Assembly (NCBI GenBank): GCA_965651365.1
Contig: CBFGSA010000001.1
Coordinates: 1 to 60,044, forward strand
Length of the DNA: 60,044 nt
Reading direction: 5' to 3'
From: an uncultured Rhodanobacteraceae bacterium
GTDB lineage: Bacteria; Pseudomonadota; Gammaproteobacteria; Xanthomonadales; Rhodanobacteraceae
A program made the position numbers and the translations under genes. Below, one piece after another: positions 16,210-25,802 of this stretch (its first letter is position 1; the number at the start of each line of letters is the position of its first letter). The notes under the pieces were generated by a model that did not search any database, was not told where the DNA came from, and was given only the letters and a program-made list of their open reading frames with translations.

Positions 16210-19200
16210 ATGCGTGGGATCTGGACGGGGATTTTGGCGTGCGTGCTGGCGACTTGCGCCGCGGCACAGGACATTCCGAAGGCCTTGCAGGGGTGGCAAG
16301 GCTGGGTGCTGCATGACCGGCCGCAGCATGGCTGTCCGTTTCTGAGCGGCAGCATGCCGACGCCCGATTCACGGCGCTGCCTGTGGCCGCGGGCCCTGCA
16401 GATCAAAGCCGGCCGCAAGGGCGGCGATTTTCGCGTGCGGGTCGATGTGGATGCGCCGAGCTGGCTGGATCTGCCCGGCAATACCCGGCACTGGCCGCAG
16501 GGCGTAACCGACCACGGCGTTCCCGTGCTCGTGCACGAGCGCAACGGTACGCCCACGCTGCATCTGGAGGCCGGTTCGCACGAACTGGCCGGGCACTGGC
16601 AATGGTCGTTGATGCCCAACCGCCTGGCGCTGCCGGATGACTACGGTCTGGTCCGCCTGCAGGTGAACGGCAAGGCTGTGCCGGATTTCAGGCGTGCCGG
16701 CCGATCCTTGACTCTGGGCGAGAGTCCGGCCGCGCCGCGTCAGACCGACAGTTTGTCGCTGAAGGTTTTTCGGCGCCTGGACGACGGCTTGCCGCCGATG
16801 CTGGACACGCGCCTGCAACTGGATGTCAGCGGCCGCGCGCGGGAAGTGACGCTGGGGCCGGTTTTGTCAAAGGATTTCGTGGCCACGCGGCTGGATGCGC
16901 CGATTCCGGCGCGTCTGGATGGCGACGGCAAGCTGCATCTGCAGGTGCGTGCGGGGCACTGGCAGATCACGCTGGCCGCACGGGGAACGCAAACCCTGGG
17001 CACGCTGGCCATCAAGCTGCCGCCCAAGCCGTGGCCGCAGAGTGAAATCTGGAGCTACGCCGACGCTCCGAACCTGCGCCAGACGCGGGCGGAGGGCCAG
17101 GCGGTGGATGCCGCGCAGGCCGGCGTGCCGGGAGACTGGCGCGATCTGCCAGCTTTCGCGATCGGCAACGGCCAGGGCCTTGAGATCAAGCCGGGCGCAC
17201 GCGCGGGCCAGAGCGGTGTGCGCGAGAAGATCCGCGTTCAGCGGAAACTGTGGTTGGCGTTCGATGGTGACAGTTTCACCGCCAGCGACCATGTGACAGG
17301 AACGCTCGACCATCCGCGGCGGCTTTCGGTGCAGCCGCCCTGGGTGCTGCAGCGCGCCAGTGTCGCGGGCCAAGCGCTGCTGGTCGGCAAGGGAGCCAAC
17401 GGCAGCCGCGGCGTGGAGTTGCGCCGACGGAATCTGCAACTTGATGCCGGCCTGGAGCTGCCACGCAGCGCGCTGGGCAGCATGCCGCTGGCCGGCTGGC
17501 AGGTGCCGCTGGATCAGCTCAGCGTCGACCTGCAACTGCCGTCGGGGTACCTTTTGCTGGGTGCGCCGGGGGCCGATCAGTCGCGGCAGTCGTGGGTGGC
17601 GAGCTGGACCCTGCTGGACCTGTTTCTGGTCGCCCTGATCGCCCTGGTGTGCGGCCGCCTGCTGGGCTGGCCGATGGCGCTGGTGGCGCTGGTGTACCTG
17701 GTGATTGCCCACGACGAGGTCTGGGCGCCGTATCTGACCGTGTTGCTGGCCGCGGCCGTGGCGCTGCTGGTGCGGGCCTTGCCCGCGGGCCGCCTGCACT
17801 CGGTGACCCGTGCCATCGCCTGCGGATTTGCCGTGCTGGCCTTGCTGTGGGCCTTGCCGTATGCCGGCAGCCAGTTGCGCGCGGCGCTGTATCCGCAGCT
17901 GCCGACGCGCGCCTCGCTGGTCGGCTTGCCGGCGATGCAGATGGCAACGAGGGTGGATGTCGCGCGCGACACAGGCTTCGCCGACAACGCGCGGCGGCGG
18001 GCACCGGGCAAGTCCGCACCGGTCGTGGTCGAGGAAAAGAGCATGATGGCCGCGGAAGCGCCTGCTCCAGCCCCACCGCCGCCGAAAGTCGCCCAATCGC
18101 TTTCGTCGCTGTCACTGGACGCCAGCCCCGGGCCGGTGCAGTCGGGGCCGGGCATTCCCCAGTGGCGGGTCGGCAAGCACTACCGGCTGCAGTGGTCAGG
18201 GCCGGTTACGCCGCAGCAGCAAATGCGTCTGGTGATCGTGCCGTCGTGGCTGGTACGGCTGCTGCGGGTGCTGGCCGTGGCCGCGTTGCTGGTCTTGCTG
18301 GCGCGTCTGTTCACGCACCTGTGGCCGGCCCAATTGCGCCGCTGGCGCCTGGCGGGTGGCAGTGCGGCCTTGCTGCTGGCGGCCTTGCTGGCTTCGGCCC
18401 CGGCTTCGGCCCAGGTCGCGCAAACGCCGCCGCAGTCGATGCTCGATCAACTCAAGCAGCGCCTGCTGCAGCCCCCGGAGTGCGCGCCCGATTGCGCCTT
18501 GTTGGCGAACGGCCGATTGCAACTCCAGGGCGAGCGTCTGCGATTGCTGCTGCAGGCCCAGGCCGAAGCCGAGGTGGCCGTGCCCATGCCCGACATCAAT
18601 GCGGCGGCCAGTCTGCTGGCGGTACGAGTCGATGGCCAGCCCGCCGGTCTGTTGCGCGACGGCCAGAAGCCTCTGCTGCGTCTGACCCGCGGCGTTCACA
18701 GCGTGCAACTGGAGTGGCAGATCCATGGAGACGAGCTGCGTCTGGCCTTTGCCGGGCTCAAGCCCCAGCGCATGCAGGTGGATGCCGCCGGCTGGAAAAT
18801 CAGCGGCCTGGATGACGCGCGCCTGAGCGGCGACACCATCACGCTGGCGCGTGAACGCCAAGGCACACCGAAAGGCCAGCCGGCTCCGGCGCATGCCGCG
18901 CAGGCTTTTCCACCGTATGTGCGCTTGCGCCGCAGTCTGGTGCTGGGAACCGATTGGCGCATCGTCAATACCGTGGAGCGCATCGCGCCGGCGCAGGGCG
19001 GCTTCACGGTCACGCTGCCGCTGCTGCCGGGCGAGCATCCGCTGGGCGAGGATGCCCGCGTGCACGACGGGCGGATCGAGCTCAGCTTCAGTGCCGACCA
19101 GCAACAGGCGCGCTGGAGCAGCCGCATCGAGCAAACGCCGGACTTGACTTTGCAGGCACCGCCGCTGACCCAGCGCAGCGAGACCTGGCAGGTACGTGCC

Positions 19201-20286
19201 GCGTCGATCTGGCATGTCGAGGCCGAGGGCGTGCCGCCGCAACCGGCCGACGGCATGCTGGCCTTCGCGCCGCTGCCCGATGAAACCCTGCAGCTTGCCG
19301 TGAGTCGGCCCGAACCGGCACCGGGTAGCGAGGTGGCGATGGATCAGGCCAGCGTGCATGTGCGCCAGGGTGAGCGCGTGCGCTCGACGGCGCTTGCCCT
19401 GACCAGCCGCAGCACCCGGGGTGGTGAACATGCCATTGACGTGCCAGCAGATGCCCAACTCACGCGTGCCCGCCGCGACGGGCACGCGCTTGCCCTGACG
19501 CTGCGCGATGGCCAGGTCAGCCTGCCGCTGCGGCCCGGCGTGCAGAAATTCGCCATCGATCTGCGCGAGGCCCGCGATTCGGGCCTTGTGATGCGCACGC
19601 CCGCACTTGATCTGAAGGTGCCTGTGGCCAACATCCATCTGCAACTGGATCTGCCGCACGATCGCTGGGTGCTGTGGACCTGGGGCCCACGCAACGGCCC
19701 GGCGGTACTGTACTGGCCGCAGATCCTGCTGCTGATCCTGGTCGCCTGGCTGCTGGCACGCTTCGCGCCCGCACCACTGCGCTTCCATCACTGGCTGCTG
19801 CTGGGCCTGGGTTTTTCGACCTTTGCCTGGAGCGCCTTTGCCCTGGTGGCTCTGTGGTTGATCCTGCTGGGTGTGCGCGAGCGCCTGTCGGGCGCCACTG
19901 CCTGGACCCGCCTGCGCTTCAATGCGATGCAGCTTGGCCTGGCTGCCCTGACCGTGCTGGCCCTGATCGTTCTGGTGAGTGCCGTACCGCGCGGCCTGCT
20001 CGGTCTGCCCGACATGCATGTGGCCGGCAACGACTCAACCGCCTGGAATCTGAAGTGGATGCTGGATCAGTCCACGGGCGAGCTGCCGCGTGGTGGCGTG
20101 CTCAGCCTGCCGCTGTGGTGCTACAAGCTGGCGATCCTGGCCTGGGCGCTGTGGCTGGCCAACGCCCTGGTCGGCTGGCTGCGCTGGGCCTTCGGCGCCT
20201 GGAGCGCCGGCGGCTACTGGCGCCGCCCGGAGCCCGAGGCTGTGCCGTCAGCGACGGCAGAAGCCTCGCTAGACGACAAGGCTTGA
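16210..20286 (+). CDS. 1358-aa multi-pass membrane protein of unknown function with two-module architecture
   Basis: Signal peptide MRGIWTGILACVLATCAAAQ. About 450 aa soluble region, then 4 TM segments, a Pro/Ala linker, a TM plus internal signal-like AALLASAPASA-Q, about 500 aa soluble region, and 5 or more C-terminal TM segments. No family recognised. Confidence 0.7.
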   Translation: MRGIWTGILACVLATCAAAQDIPKALQGWQGWVLHDRPQHGCPFLSGSMPTPDSRRCLWPRALQIKAGRKGGDFRVRVDVDAPSWLDLPGNTRHWPQGVTDHGVPVLVHERNGTPTLHLEAGSHELAGHWQWSLMPNRLALPDDYGLVRLQVNGKAVPDFRRAGRSLTLGESPAAPRQTDSLSLKVFRRLDDGLPPMLDTRLQLDVSGRAREVTLGPVLSKDFVATRLDAPIPARLDGDGKLHLQVRAGHWQITLAARGTQTLGTLAIKLPPKPWPQSEIWSYADAPNLRQTRAEGQAVDAAQAGVPGDWRDLPAFAIGNGQGLEIKPGARAGQSGVREKIRVQRKLWLAFDGDSFTASDHVTGTLDHPRRLSVQPPWVLQRASVAGQALLVGKGANGSRGVELRRRNLQLDAGLELPRSALGSMPLAGWQVPLDQLSVDLQLPSGYLLLGAPGADQSRQSWVASWTLLDLFLVALIALVCGRLLGWPMALVALVYLVIAHDEVWAPYLTVLLAAAVALLVRALPAGRLHSVTRAIACGFAVLALLWALPYAGSQLRAALYPQLPTRASLVGLPAMQMATRVDVARDTGFADNARRRAPGKSAPVVVEEKSMMAAEAPAPAPPPPKVAQSLSSLSLDASPGPVQSGPGIPQWRVGKHYRLQWSGPVTPQQQMRLVIVPSWLVRLLRVLAVAALLVLLARLFTHLWPAQLRRWRLAGGSAALLLAALLASAPASAQVAQTPPQSMLDQLKQRLLQPPECAPDCALLANGRLQLQGERLRLLLQAQAEAEVAVPMPDINAAASLLAVRVDGQPAGLLRDGQKPLLRLTRGVHSVQLEWQIHGDELRLAFAGLKPQRMQVDAAGWKISGLDDARLSGDTITLARERQGTPKGQPAPAHAAQAFPPYVRLRRSLVLGTDWRIVNTVERIAPAQGGFTVTLPLLPGEHPLGEDARVHDGRIELSFSADQQQARWSSRIEQTPDLTLQAPPLTQRSETWQVRAASIWHVEAEGVPPQPADGMLAFAPLPDETLQLAVSRPEPAPGSEVAMDQASVHVRQGERVRSTALALTSRSTRGGEHAIDVPADAQLTRARRDGHALALTLRDGQVSLPLRPGVQKFAIDLREARDSGLVMRTPALDLKVPVANIHLQLDLPHDRWVLWTWGPRNGPAVLYWPQILLLILVAWLLARFAPAPLRFHHWLLLGLGFSTFAWSAFALVALWLILLGVRERLSGATAWTRLRFNAMQLGLAALTVLALIVLVSAVPRGLLGLPDMHVAGNDSTAWNLKWMLDQSTGELPRGGVLSLPLWCYKLAILAWALWLANALVGWLRWAFGAWSAGGYWRRPEPEAVPSATAEASLDDKA

Positions 20287-20801
20287 GCTTTTGTCACACT
20301 GGTTTCACGCCCTTCGGGCGCGACTTCATTTTCTCTGTTTGGCCAGAGAAAACGAAGCACAAACGCGTCTGGAACGCGTTTGAACAGCGAAGCTGGCCCG
20401 AAGGGCGGAGGGCAGGATGCCCGGAGTAAAAGAGAGGCCACCCCGCTTCCGCGCTTTGTGGACTTCCTGTCCACAAAGTCCGCGCCGGCTTGCGGGGTTT
20501 TTCGACAGCATAAGGATGTGCTGTCGAAAAGCCCAGCCACCAGCCACGAACCCGAAGGGCAGGATGCCCGCAGGGCGCGTAAAAGGGGTGCCCTTCTCTT
20601 TGGTTCCGTTTCTCTTGGGCATGCAAGAGAAATGAACTCGCGCTCGGAGGGCGCGAAACCATTGGCAAATCGATTGCTTCTCGCAACGTGAAGCCGTCTG
20701 CCGCCACAATGAGTGGTGTTGGGTTTCGCCTGTGGCTCAACCCAACCTACGCGCGTAGGGCGGGAGGAGCCGCGCAGCGGCGTATCCCGCCGTGGCGTGA
20801 T
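20287..20801. repeat. repeat-dense, lower-GC intergenic region with at least 8 perfect hairpins and two degenerate copies of a widespread repeat
   Basis: Stems include TTTTCTCTG/CAGAGAAAA, AAACGCGT/ACGCGTTT, TTGTGGAC/GTCCACAA, TTTTCGACAGCA/TGCTGTCGAAAA, TTTCTCTTG/CAAGAGAAA and GTTGGGTT/AACCCAAC. CGAAGGGCAGGATGCCCG recurs twice. Confidence 0.75.
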
Positions 20802-21437
20802 TCAGGAGTCTGCGGGCGCAGCCGCCGCCTCGGCCATTTCCTGGCAGACCCAGCGGGTGAGCTTGGCCGCGAGCTGGTCAGACGCCTTGCCGAAAGTGTT
20901 GACGACGGCGGGAATGGCGCTGCCGCTGCTGGCGATGGTCAGGCGAAAGTGGTGGTGGGCGATCACCTCGCTGCCATTGCGCAGCAGCATGGCGTCGTAG
21001 TCGATCACCACCACCGGCTTTTGCTGCTGCCGGTTCTCGGCCTGGAATGCGTTGAGGGTTCCGGTCAGCACGAAGTCGGCGTGCAGGCCGCTGTCGTCGC
21101 TGAACACGGCCTTGAGCTGGCCGTTGTCGCGGAAGGAGGCGATCAGGCGGTCACGCAGCAGTTGCGGTGCCGACTGGTTCCAGCGTGCGCCGTGGTAGAC
21201 GCTGACTTCGTTGCCTTCGGGGAAAATCACGATGCGCTTGCTGGCGATCAGGCCGGCGGCGTGCGGGGTATCGACGCGCAATTGCAGTTGGCCGACGCCG
21301 GGGGCCGTGGTCGGAGCCGGATTGGCGACCGCCGGCAAACGGTAGATGTCGAGGGGCTCGGCGCGCGGCAGCAGGCCGCCACAGGCAGTCAGCAGCACGG
21401 GCAGGGCGAATGCAATCCAGCGTGGACGAATGCTCAT
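20802..21437 (-). CDS. ABC-type transport auxiliary lipoprotein (PqiC/DUF330-like)
   Basis: Lipobox LLTAC. Position directly after an MlaD/MCE gene with a 4-nt overlap. Confidence 0.75.
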   Translation of the reverse strand: MSIRPRWIAFALPVLLTACGGLLPRAEPLDIYRLPAVANPAPTTAPGVGQLQLRVDTPHAAGLIASKRIVIFPEGNEVSVYHGARWNQSAPQLLRDRLIASFRDNGQLKAVFSDDSGLHADFVLTGTLNAFQAENRQQQKPVVVIDYDAMLLRNGSEVIAHHHFRLTIASSGSAIPAVVNTFGKASDQLAAKLTRWVCQEMAEAAAAPADS

Positions 21438-22378
21438 TGGGGTGTGTACTCCCGAGGGCGGCGGCTGCCGAGCAGGTAGCCGGCGGGATTGTCGCCAAGG
21501 CGGTTGCTGATCGACTGCAGGGATTTCAGGGTCTGCTTCAGTTGCCGGATAGCCGGCCCCAGGTCGGCCAGGCCATTGGCTCCGCTGGCGATTGAAGCGC
21601 GATTGTTGCTGAGGATCTGGTCGAGCTGCTGCGCGGCGCTGTTCAGCGAGGCCATGGCCTGACTGGCGTCGTTCATCAGTTTTTTGCCGTTTTCATCCAG
21701 CAGGCGGTTGGTCGTACCGGCCAGCTTCGTGGTCTGGTCAAGGGTCTGGTTGAGCTTGCCGCTGGCCTCGGCCAACTGGTGTACCAGCACGCCCAGATCC
21801 TTGCGCTGATCGGCGATGGCTCCGGTGGCCTGGTCGAGATGATCCAGCGTGGCCGAGATGCGCTTGACATTGTCGCTGGACAGCAGCTCGCTGGCGCGGG
21901 TGATGATGTCGTTGACCTTGGTGACCAGATCCTCGCCGCCGGCCAGCAGCTTGCTCAGCGCCGAGTCATCGGCCTGGATGCGCGGGATCTTGTTGCTGCC
22001 GGGTGGTTTCAACAACGGACTGGACGGGCTGCCGCCAGTGAGCTGGATGAAGGCCACGCCGGTCAGGCCGGTCAGGCCCAGCTTGGCCCGGGTGTCGATC
22101 TTGACCGGGGTGTCACCATTGACGCGAATGCGGACCAGCACCTTGCTCGGGTTCTTCGGGTCCAGGCGCAACTGCGACACGTCGCCGACCTTGATGCCGT
22201 TGTACTGCACCATGCCGCCTTGCGACAGGCCGGTGACGGCCTCGGTGAACACGATGTCGTAATAATCGTACTGCCTGGCGATGCTGGATTTGGCCAGCCA
22301 CAGGGCAAAGGCCATCGCGGCACCCACCACCAAAATGGTAAAGGTGCCGATCAGAATGTGATGAGCACGAGTTTCCAT
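21434..22378 (-). CDS. MlaD/MCE-family substrate-binding protein
   Basis: N-terminal TM segment then MCE domain (YYDIVFTEAVTGLSQGGMVQYNGIKVGDV). Long C-terminal helical region. Confidence 0.85.
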   Translation of the reverse strand: METRAHHILIGTFTILVVGAAMAFALWLAKSSIARQYDYYDIVFTEAVTGLSQGGMVQYNGIKVGDVSQLRLDPKNPSKVLVRIRVNGDTPVKIDTRAKLGLTGLTGVAFIQLTGGSPSSPLLKPPGSNKIPRIQADDSALSKLLAGGEDLVTKVNDIITRASELLSSDNVKRISATLDHLDQATGAIADQRKDLGVLVHQLAEASGKLNQTLDQTTKLAGTTNRLLDENGKKLMNDASQAMASLNSAAQQLDQILSNNRASIASGANGLADLGPAIRQLKQTLKSLQSISNRLGDNPAGYLLGSRRPREYTPQ

Positions 22379-23173
22379 TCAAACCTCCTGGGCAAGGTCC
22401 GCCCTGCCAGCTTCGGCCGCGCGGCCGCGCGGGCCGTGAAAATAGTCCTGGATCCACGCATCGGGATTGGCCGCCACCTGCTGCAGCGGGCCAACGTCCA
22501 GCACCCGGCGCTGCGACAGAACGGCCACACGATCGCAGATGGCGTACAAGGTGTCCAGATCGTGGGTGACCATGAACACGCTCAAACCCAGCGCATCGCG
22601 CAGAGTGCGAACCAGGCGGTCAAACCCGGACGCGCCGATCGGGTCCAGCCCGGCCGTGGGTTCGTCCAGGAACAGGATTTCCGGATCCAGTGCCAGCGCC
22701 CGGGCCAGCGCCACGCGCTTGCGCATGCCGCCGGACAACTCCGCCGGGGTCTTGCTGGCCACGTCCTGGGTCAGCCCGGCCAGGGCCAGCTTCAGGCGTG
22801 CCAGGTGCTGGGCCTCGTGGCGTGGCAGTTTGGCGTGTTCGACCAGCGGCAAAGCCACGTTCTCGCACACCGTTAGCGAAGAAAACAGGGCGCCTTCCTG
22901 AAACAGCACGCCAAAGCGCTGCTCCAGACGCGAGCGCTGCTCCGGATCCAGCGCCAGCAGGTCCTGTCCGAAAACCCGGATGCTGCCGGCGGCCGGCCGT
23001 TGCAGGCCGACAATCGAGCGCAGCAAGACCGACTTGCCGGTACCCGAGCCGCCGACGATGCCGATGATTTCGCCTTGCCGGATATCGAGATCCAGGTCCT
23101 CGTGTACCACCTGTTCGCCAAAGCGGTTGACCAGGCCGCGCACCTCGATGACGGTTTTGGCAGTCTCGCTCAC
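22379..23173 (-). CDS. ABC transporter ATP-binding protein (MlaF-like)
   Basis: Walker A GGSGTGKS, signature LSGGMRKRV, Walker B ILFLDEP. Confidence 0.9.
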   Translation of the reverse strand: MSETAKTVIEVRGLVNRFGEQVVHEDLDLDIRQGEIIGIVGGSGTGKSVLLRSIVGLQRPAAGSIRVFGQDLLALDPEQRSRLEQRFGVLFQEGALFSSLTVCENVALPLVEHAKLPRHEAQHLARLKLALAGLTQDVASKTPAELSGGMRKRVALARALALDPEILFLDEPTAGLDPIGASGFDRLVRTLRDALGLSVFMVTHDLDTLYAICDRVAVLSQRRVLDVGPLQQVAANPDAWIQDYFHGPRGRAAEAGRADLAQEV

Positions 23174-24306
23174 CAGCCCATCTCCATGAAAAACAGCGCC
23201 GCCAGCGCATCGAACAGGATCACCACAAAAATCGACTGCACCACGGCCGAGGTGGTCTGGCGGCCGACCGATTCGGCCGAGCTGCCGGCCTGGAAACCCT
23301 CAAGACACCCGATCATCGAGATCATGAAGGCAAACACCGGTGCCTTGCTCAGACCGATCCACAATTGCCGGATGCTGGTATCGGCCTGGAACACGGACAG
23401 GAACATGGCCGGCGTGATGTCCAGCGCAACCACGCACACCACCGCGCCGCCAAGGATGCCGGCCAGCATGGCCAGAAAGGTCAGCATCGGCAGCGTAATG
23501 ACCAGAGCCAGCATGCGCGGCAGTACCAGCAGCTCGATCGGGTCCAGGCCCAGGGTGCGGATGGCGTCGATTTCTTCATTGGCCTTCATCGAGCCGATCT
23601 GGGCGGTGAAAGCGCTGGCGGTGCGACCGGCCAGCAGGATCGCGGCCAGCAGCACACCGAATTCGCGCAAGAAAGCATAGGCAATCAGATCCACCGTAAA
23701 CACGGTGGCACCGTAATCGGCCAGCACCGTTGCGCCGAGAAAGGCGATCACGGCCCCGACCATGAAACTGAGCAGCGCCACGATCGGCACCGCATCCAAT
23801 CCGGACTCTTCCATGTGATGCATCATGGCCGTAACGCGCCAGCGCTGCGGGCGCAGGATCAGCCGCATGCTGGTTTCAAGGCTCAGGCCAATGAAGCCCA
23901 GCAGCGCGAACGATTCGTGGCGGACTCGAAGCACCGCTTTGCCGACGCGCTCAAGCATGGCTACCAGTCCATGCTCCCGCGGCCCTCTGGCGGTTCGGTA
24001 GGAGGCCTTGAGTGAGCCGCCCACCAGGCCCAGCAAGCGGCGGCGTTCGGCGCTCAGGATAGAGTCGTGGCTGGCCAGGTCGCACAGTCGGTCGTTGCCG
24101 AACAATTCGGCCAGCAGACCGGCTCCGGCGGTGTCCAGCGCCTCCAGCCCGGAGAAGTCGACCTGTACGTCATCGCCGAGCCCGGGCGCCAGCGCATCGA
24201 TCTGCCGATCCAGGTCAAGATAGTGCGCCAGCGTCCACTCGCCACTGACGCGCAGTTGCGTGTTCTGGCCGTCCGTATCGGCCCAGTCAATGGCGCCAGC
24301 ACTCAT
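23170..24306 (-). CDS. MlaE-family ABC permease with N-terminal STAS-like domain
   Basis: N-terminus LRVSGEWTLAHYLDLDRQIDAL...VDFSGLEALDTAGAGLL has a STAS/anti-sigma-antagonist-like pattern. It is followed by the MlaE multi-TM core. Start could be 24333. Confidence 0.8.
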   Translation of the reverse strand: MSAGAIDWADTDGQNTQLRVSGEWTLAHYLDLDRQIDALAPGLGDDVQVDFSGLEALDTAGAGLLAELFGNDRLCDLASHDSILSAERRRLLGLVGGSLKASYRTARGPREHGLVAMLERVGKAVLRVRHESFALLGFIGLSLETSMRLILRPQRWRVTAMMHHMEESGLDAVPIVALLSFMVGAVIAFLGATVLADYGATVFTVDLIAYAFLREFGVLLAAILLAGRTASAFTAQIGSMKANEEIDAIRTLGLDPIELLVLPRMLALVITLPMLTFLAMLAGILGGAVVCVVALDITPAMFLSVFQADTSIRQLWIGLSKAPVFAFMISMIGCLEGFQAGSSAESVGRQTTSAVVQSIFVVILFDALAALFFMEMGW

Positions 24307-24389
24307 GGCGCGAACTTTACCAGAGGCGTGCACACCGCGGGCGACGCTGCCACACTGTGCGGCCTGTAAATCCCGTCAGGATCGAGGGC

Positions 24390-25619
24390 ATGCAAGAACT
24401 TCTCAAACGGCGCGCCGGTTTCGTTGTGGAGCTGGCACGCCAGCTGCACCAATACGGCACATCGGCGTCGCGATTTGAACTCGCGGTGACCCAGGCGGCT
24501 GCCAGTCTCGATCTGCGCGCCGAAGTCTGGTCAAGTCCCACCGCGATCATTCTGTCCTTCTACGATCCGGATGATGGCGAGGACGGTCTGGCGACCCTGA
24601 CCCAGGTGCTGCGCCTGCCGCCAGGGGATGTGAACCTTCGCAAGTTGTGCATGGTCGATGACATTGCCGATCAGGTCATTGCCGGTGCGGTGGATGTGCG
24701 GGAAGGGCGCCGGCTTTTGCGCAAACTGGACGAGCCGATGTCGCGCAAGTGGCATGTTGCCCTTGTCGCCAGCTATGGGCTCGCGGCAGCCTGTGTCGCC
24801 GTGCTGCTGCGTGTGGCTTGGCCCGGAGCGCTTGTGGCCGGTGTTTTGGGCACGCTGGGTGGGGCCATGGCGGTGGCGGGAGCCACGCGCCCGCGTCTGG
24901 CGCTGGCAGTTGAGGCGGTCAGCGCCTTTGTGTCGACTGTGCTGGCCATCGTCGTCAGCGCCCTGCTCTGGCCGATCGCCGTCAAACCGGTCGTGCTGGC
25001 CAGTCTGATTGTTCTGATCCCGGGCATGAGCCTGACCACGGCAGTACGGGAATTGTCCACTCAGCAATTGATGTCGGGCATGGCGCGGCTGGCTGGTGCG
25101 ACGGCGTCCTTGTTGAAGCTGGCCTTTGGGGTGGTGGCGGCTGCCAGTCTGTGCAGTCTGTTCGGACTCGCGGCCAGTGACGCCGCGTTCGCTCCGAATG
25201 TGATCTGGATTGAATGGCCGGCCGTGGTGGTGGCTGCGTTCGCCTTCGCAGTGCTGTTTCAGGCCGCGCGCCGCGACTGGCTGGTGGTTGCCAGTGCCGT
25301 TGTGGTCGGCTATGCGGTCGCGCGATTCAGCGGCCTCGGCTTCGGGCCCACGGCAGGCGTATTTGCCGGAGGACTGGTGCTGGGTGCTGCCAGCAACGCC
25401 TGGGCGCGCTGGGCGCAACGACCCGGCGCCATGATCCGGGAGCCCGGCATTATCTTGCTGGTTCCCGGCAGCGTGGGTTTTCGCAGTCTGTCCTATCTGA
25501 TGGAGCAGGCCATCGGCCCGGGCGCCAATACCGGCATGCTGCTGGTCAAGTTGCTGGTCGGCCTGGTCGCCGGTCTGCTGATTGGCGATCTGTTGATTTC
25601 GCCAAGGCGCAACCTTTGA
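24390..25619 (+). CDS. threonine/serine exporter family protein (ThrE; fused DUF1212 and DUF3815 halves)
   Basis: FVVELARQLHQYGTSASRFELAVTQAAASLDL followed by about 10 TM segments. Confidence 0.75.
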   Translation: MQELLKRRAGFVVELARQLHQYGTSASRFELAVTQAAASLDLRAEVWSSPTAIILSFYDPDDGEDGLATLTQVLRLPPGDVNLRKLCMVDDIADQVIAGAVDVREGRRLLRKLDEPMSRKWHVALVASYGLAAACVAVLLRVAWPGALVAGVLGTLGGAMAVAGATRPRLALAVEAVSAFVSTVLAIVVSALLWPIAVKPVVLASLIVLIPGMSLTTAVRELSTQQLMSGMARLAGATASLLKLAFGVVAAASLCSLFGLAASDAAFAPNVIWIEWPAVVVAAFAFAVLFQAARRDWLVVASAVVVGYAVARFSGLGFGPTAGVFAGGLVLGAASNAWARWAQRPGAMIREPGIILLVPGSVGFRSLSYLMEQAIGPGANTGMLLVKLLVGLVAGLLIGDLLISPRRNL

Positions 25620-25698
25620 GCTGTATTGCCTGGTCCAAATATATGGACACGCGAAGTTCTGCAGGAGCGCGCCATGCGCGCGAATGGGCTTTGCCGTA

Positions 25699-25724
25699 AT
25701 CGCGGCCATGGGCCGCTCCTGCAG
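25699..25724. repeat. REP unit (ATCGCGGCCATGGGCCGCTCCTGCA, inverted orientation of the GTAGGAGCGGCC family)
   Basis: Direct sequence match to the units at 12143 and 32146. Confidence 0.75.
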
Positions 25725-25755
25725 AAGCGGGGCTTGGGTCAGGGCAGGCCCGCAC

Positions 25756-25782
25756 AAAAAAACGGGCCGCTCAACGGCCCGT
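25756..25782 (-). terminator. intrinsic terminator of hns
   Basis: The minus-strand RNA reads ACGGGCCG-UUGAG-CGGCCCGU followed by UUUUUUU, about 20 nt after the hns stop. Confidence 0.8.
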
Positions 25783-25802
25783 TCACAATTCCAGTGGCGC
25801 CG

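Noticed and set aside
16047-16619. 5' extension of the beta-helix ORF (the track gives 14568-16619, 683 aa).
   Set aside because: The extension is Arg/Pro/Cys-rich, overlaps the start of the divergent giant gene, and precedes a perfect signal peptide at Met 16046. The real start is taken as 16046.
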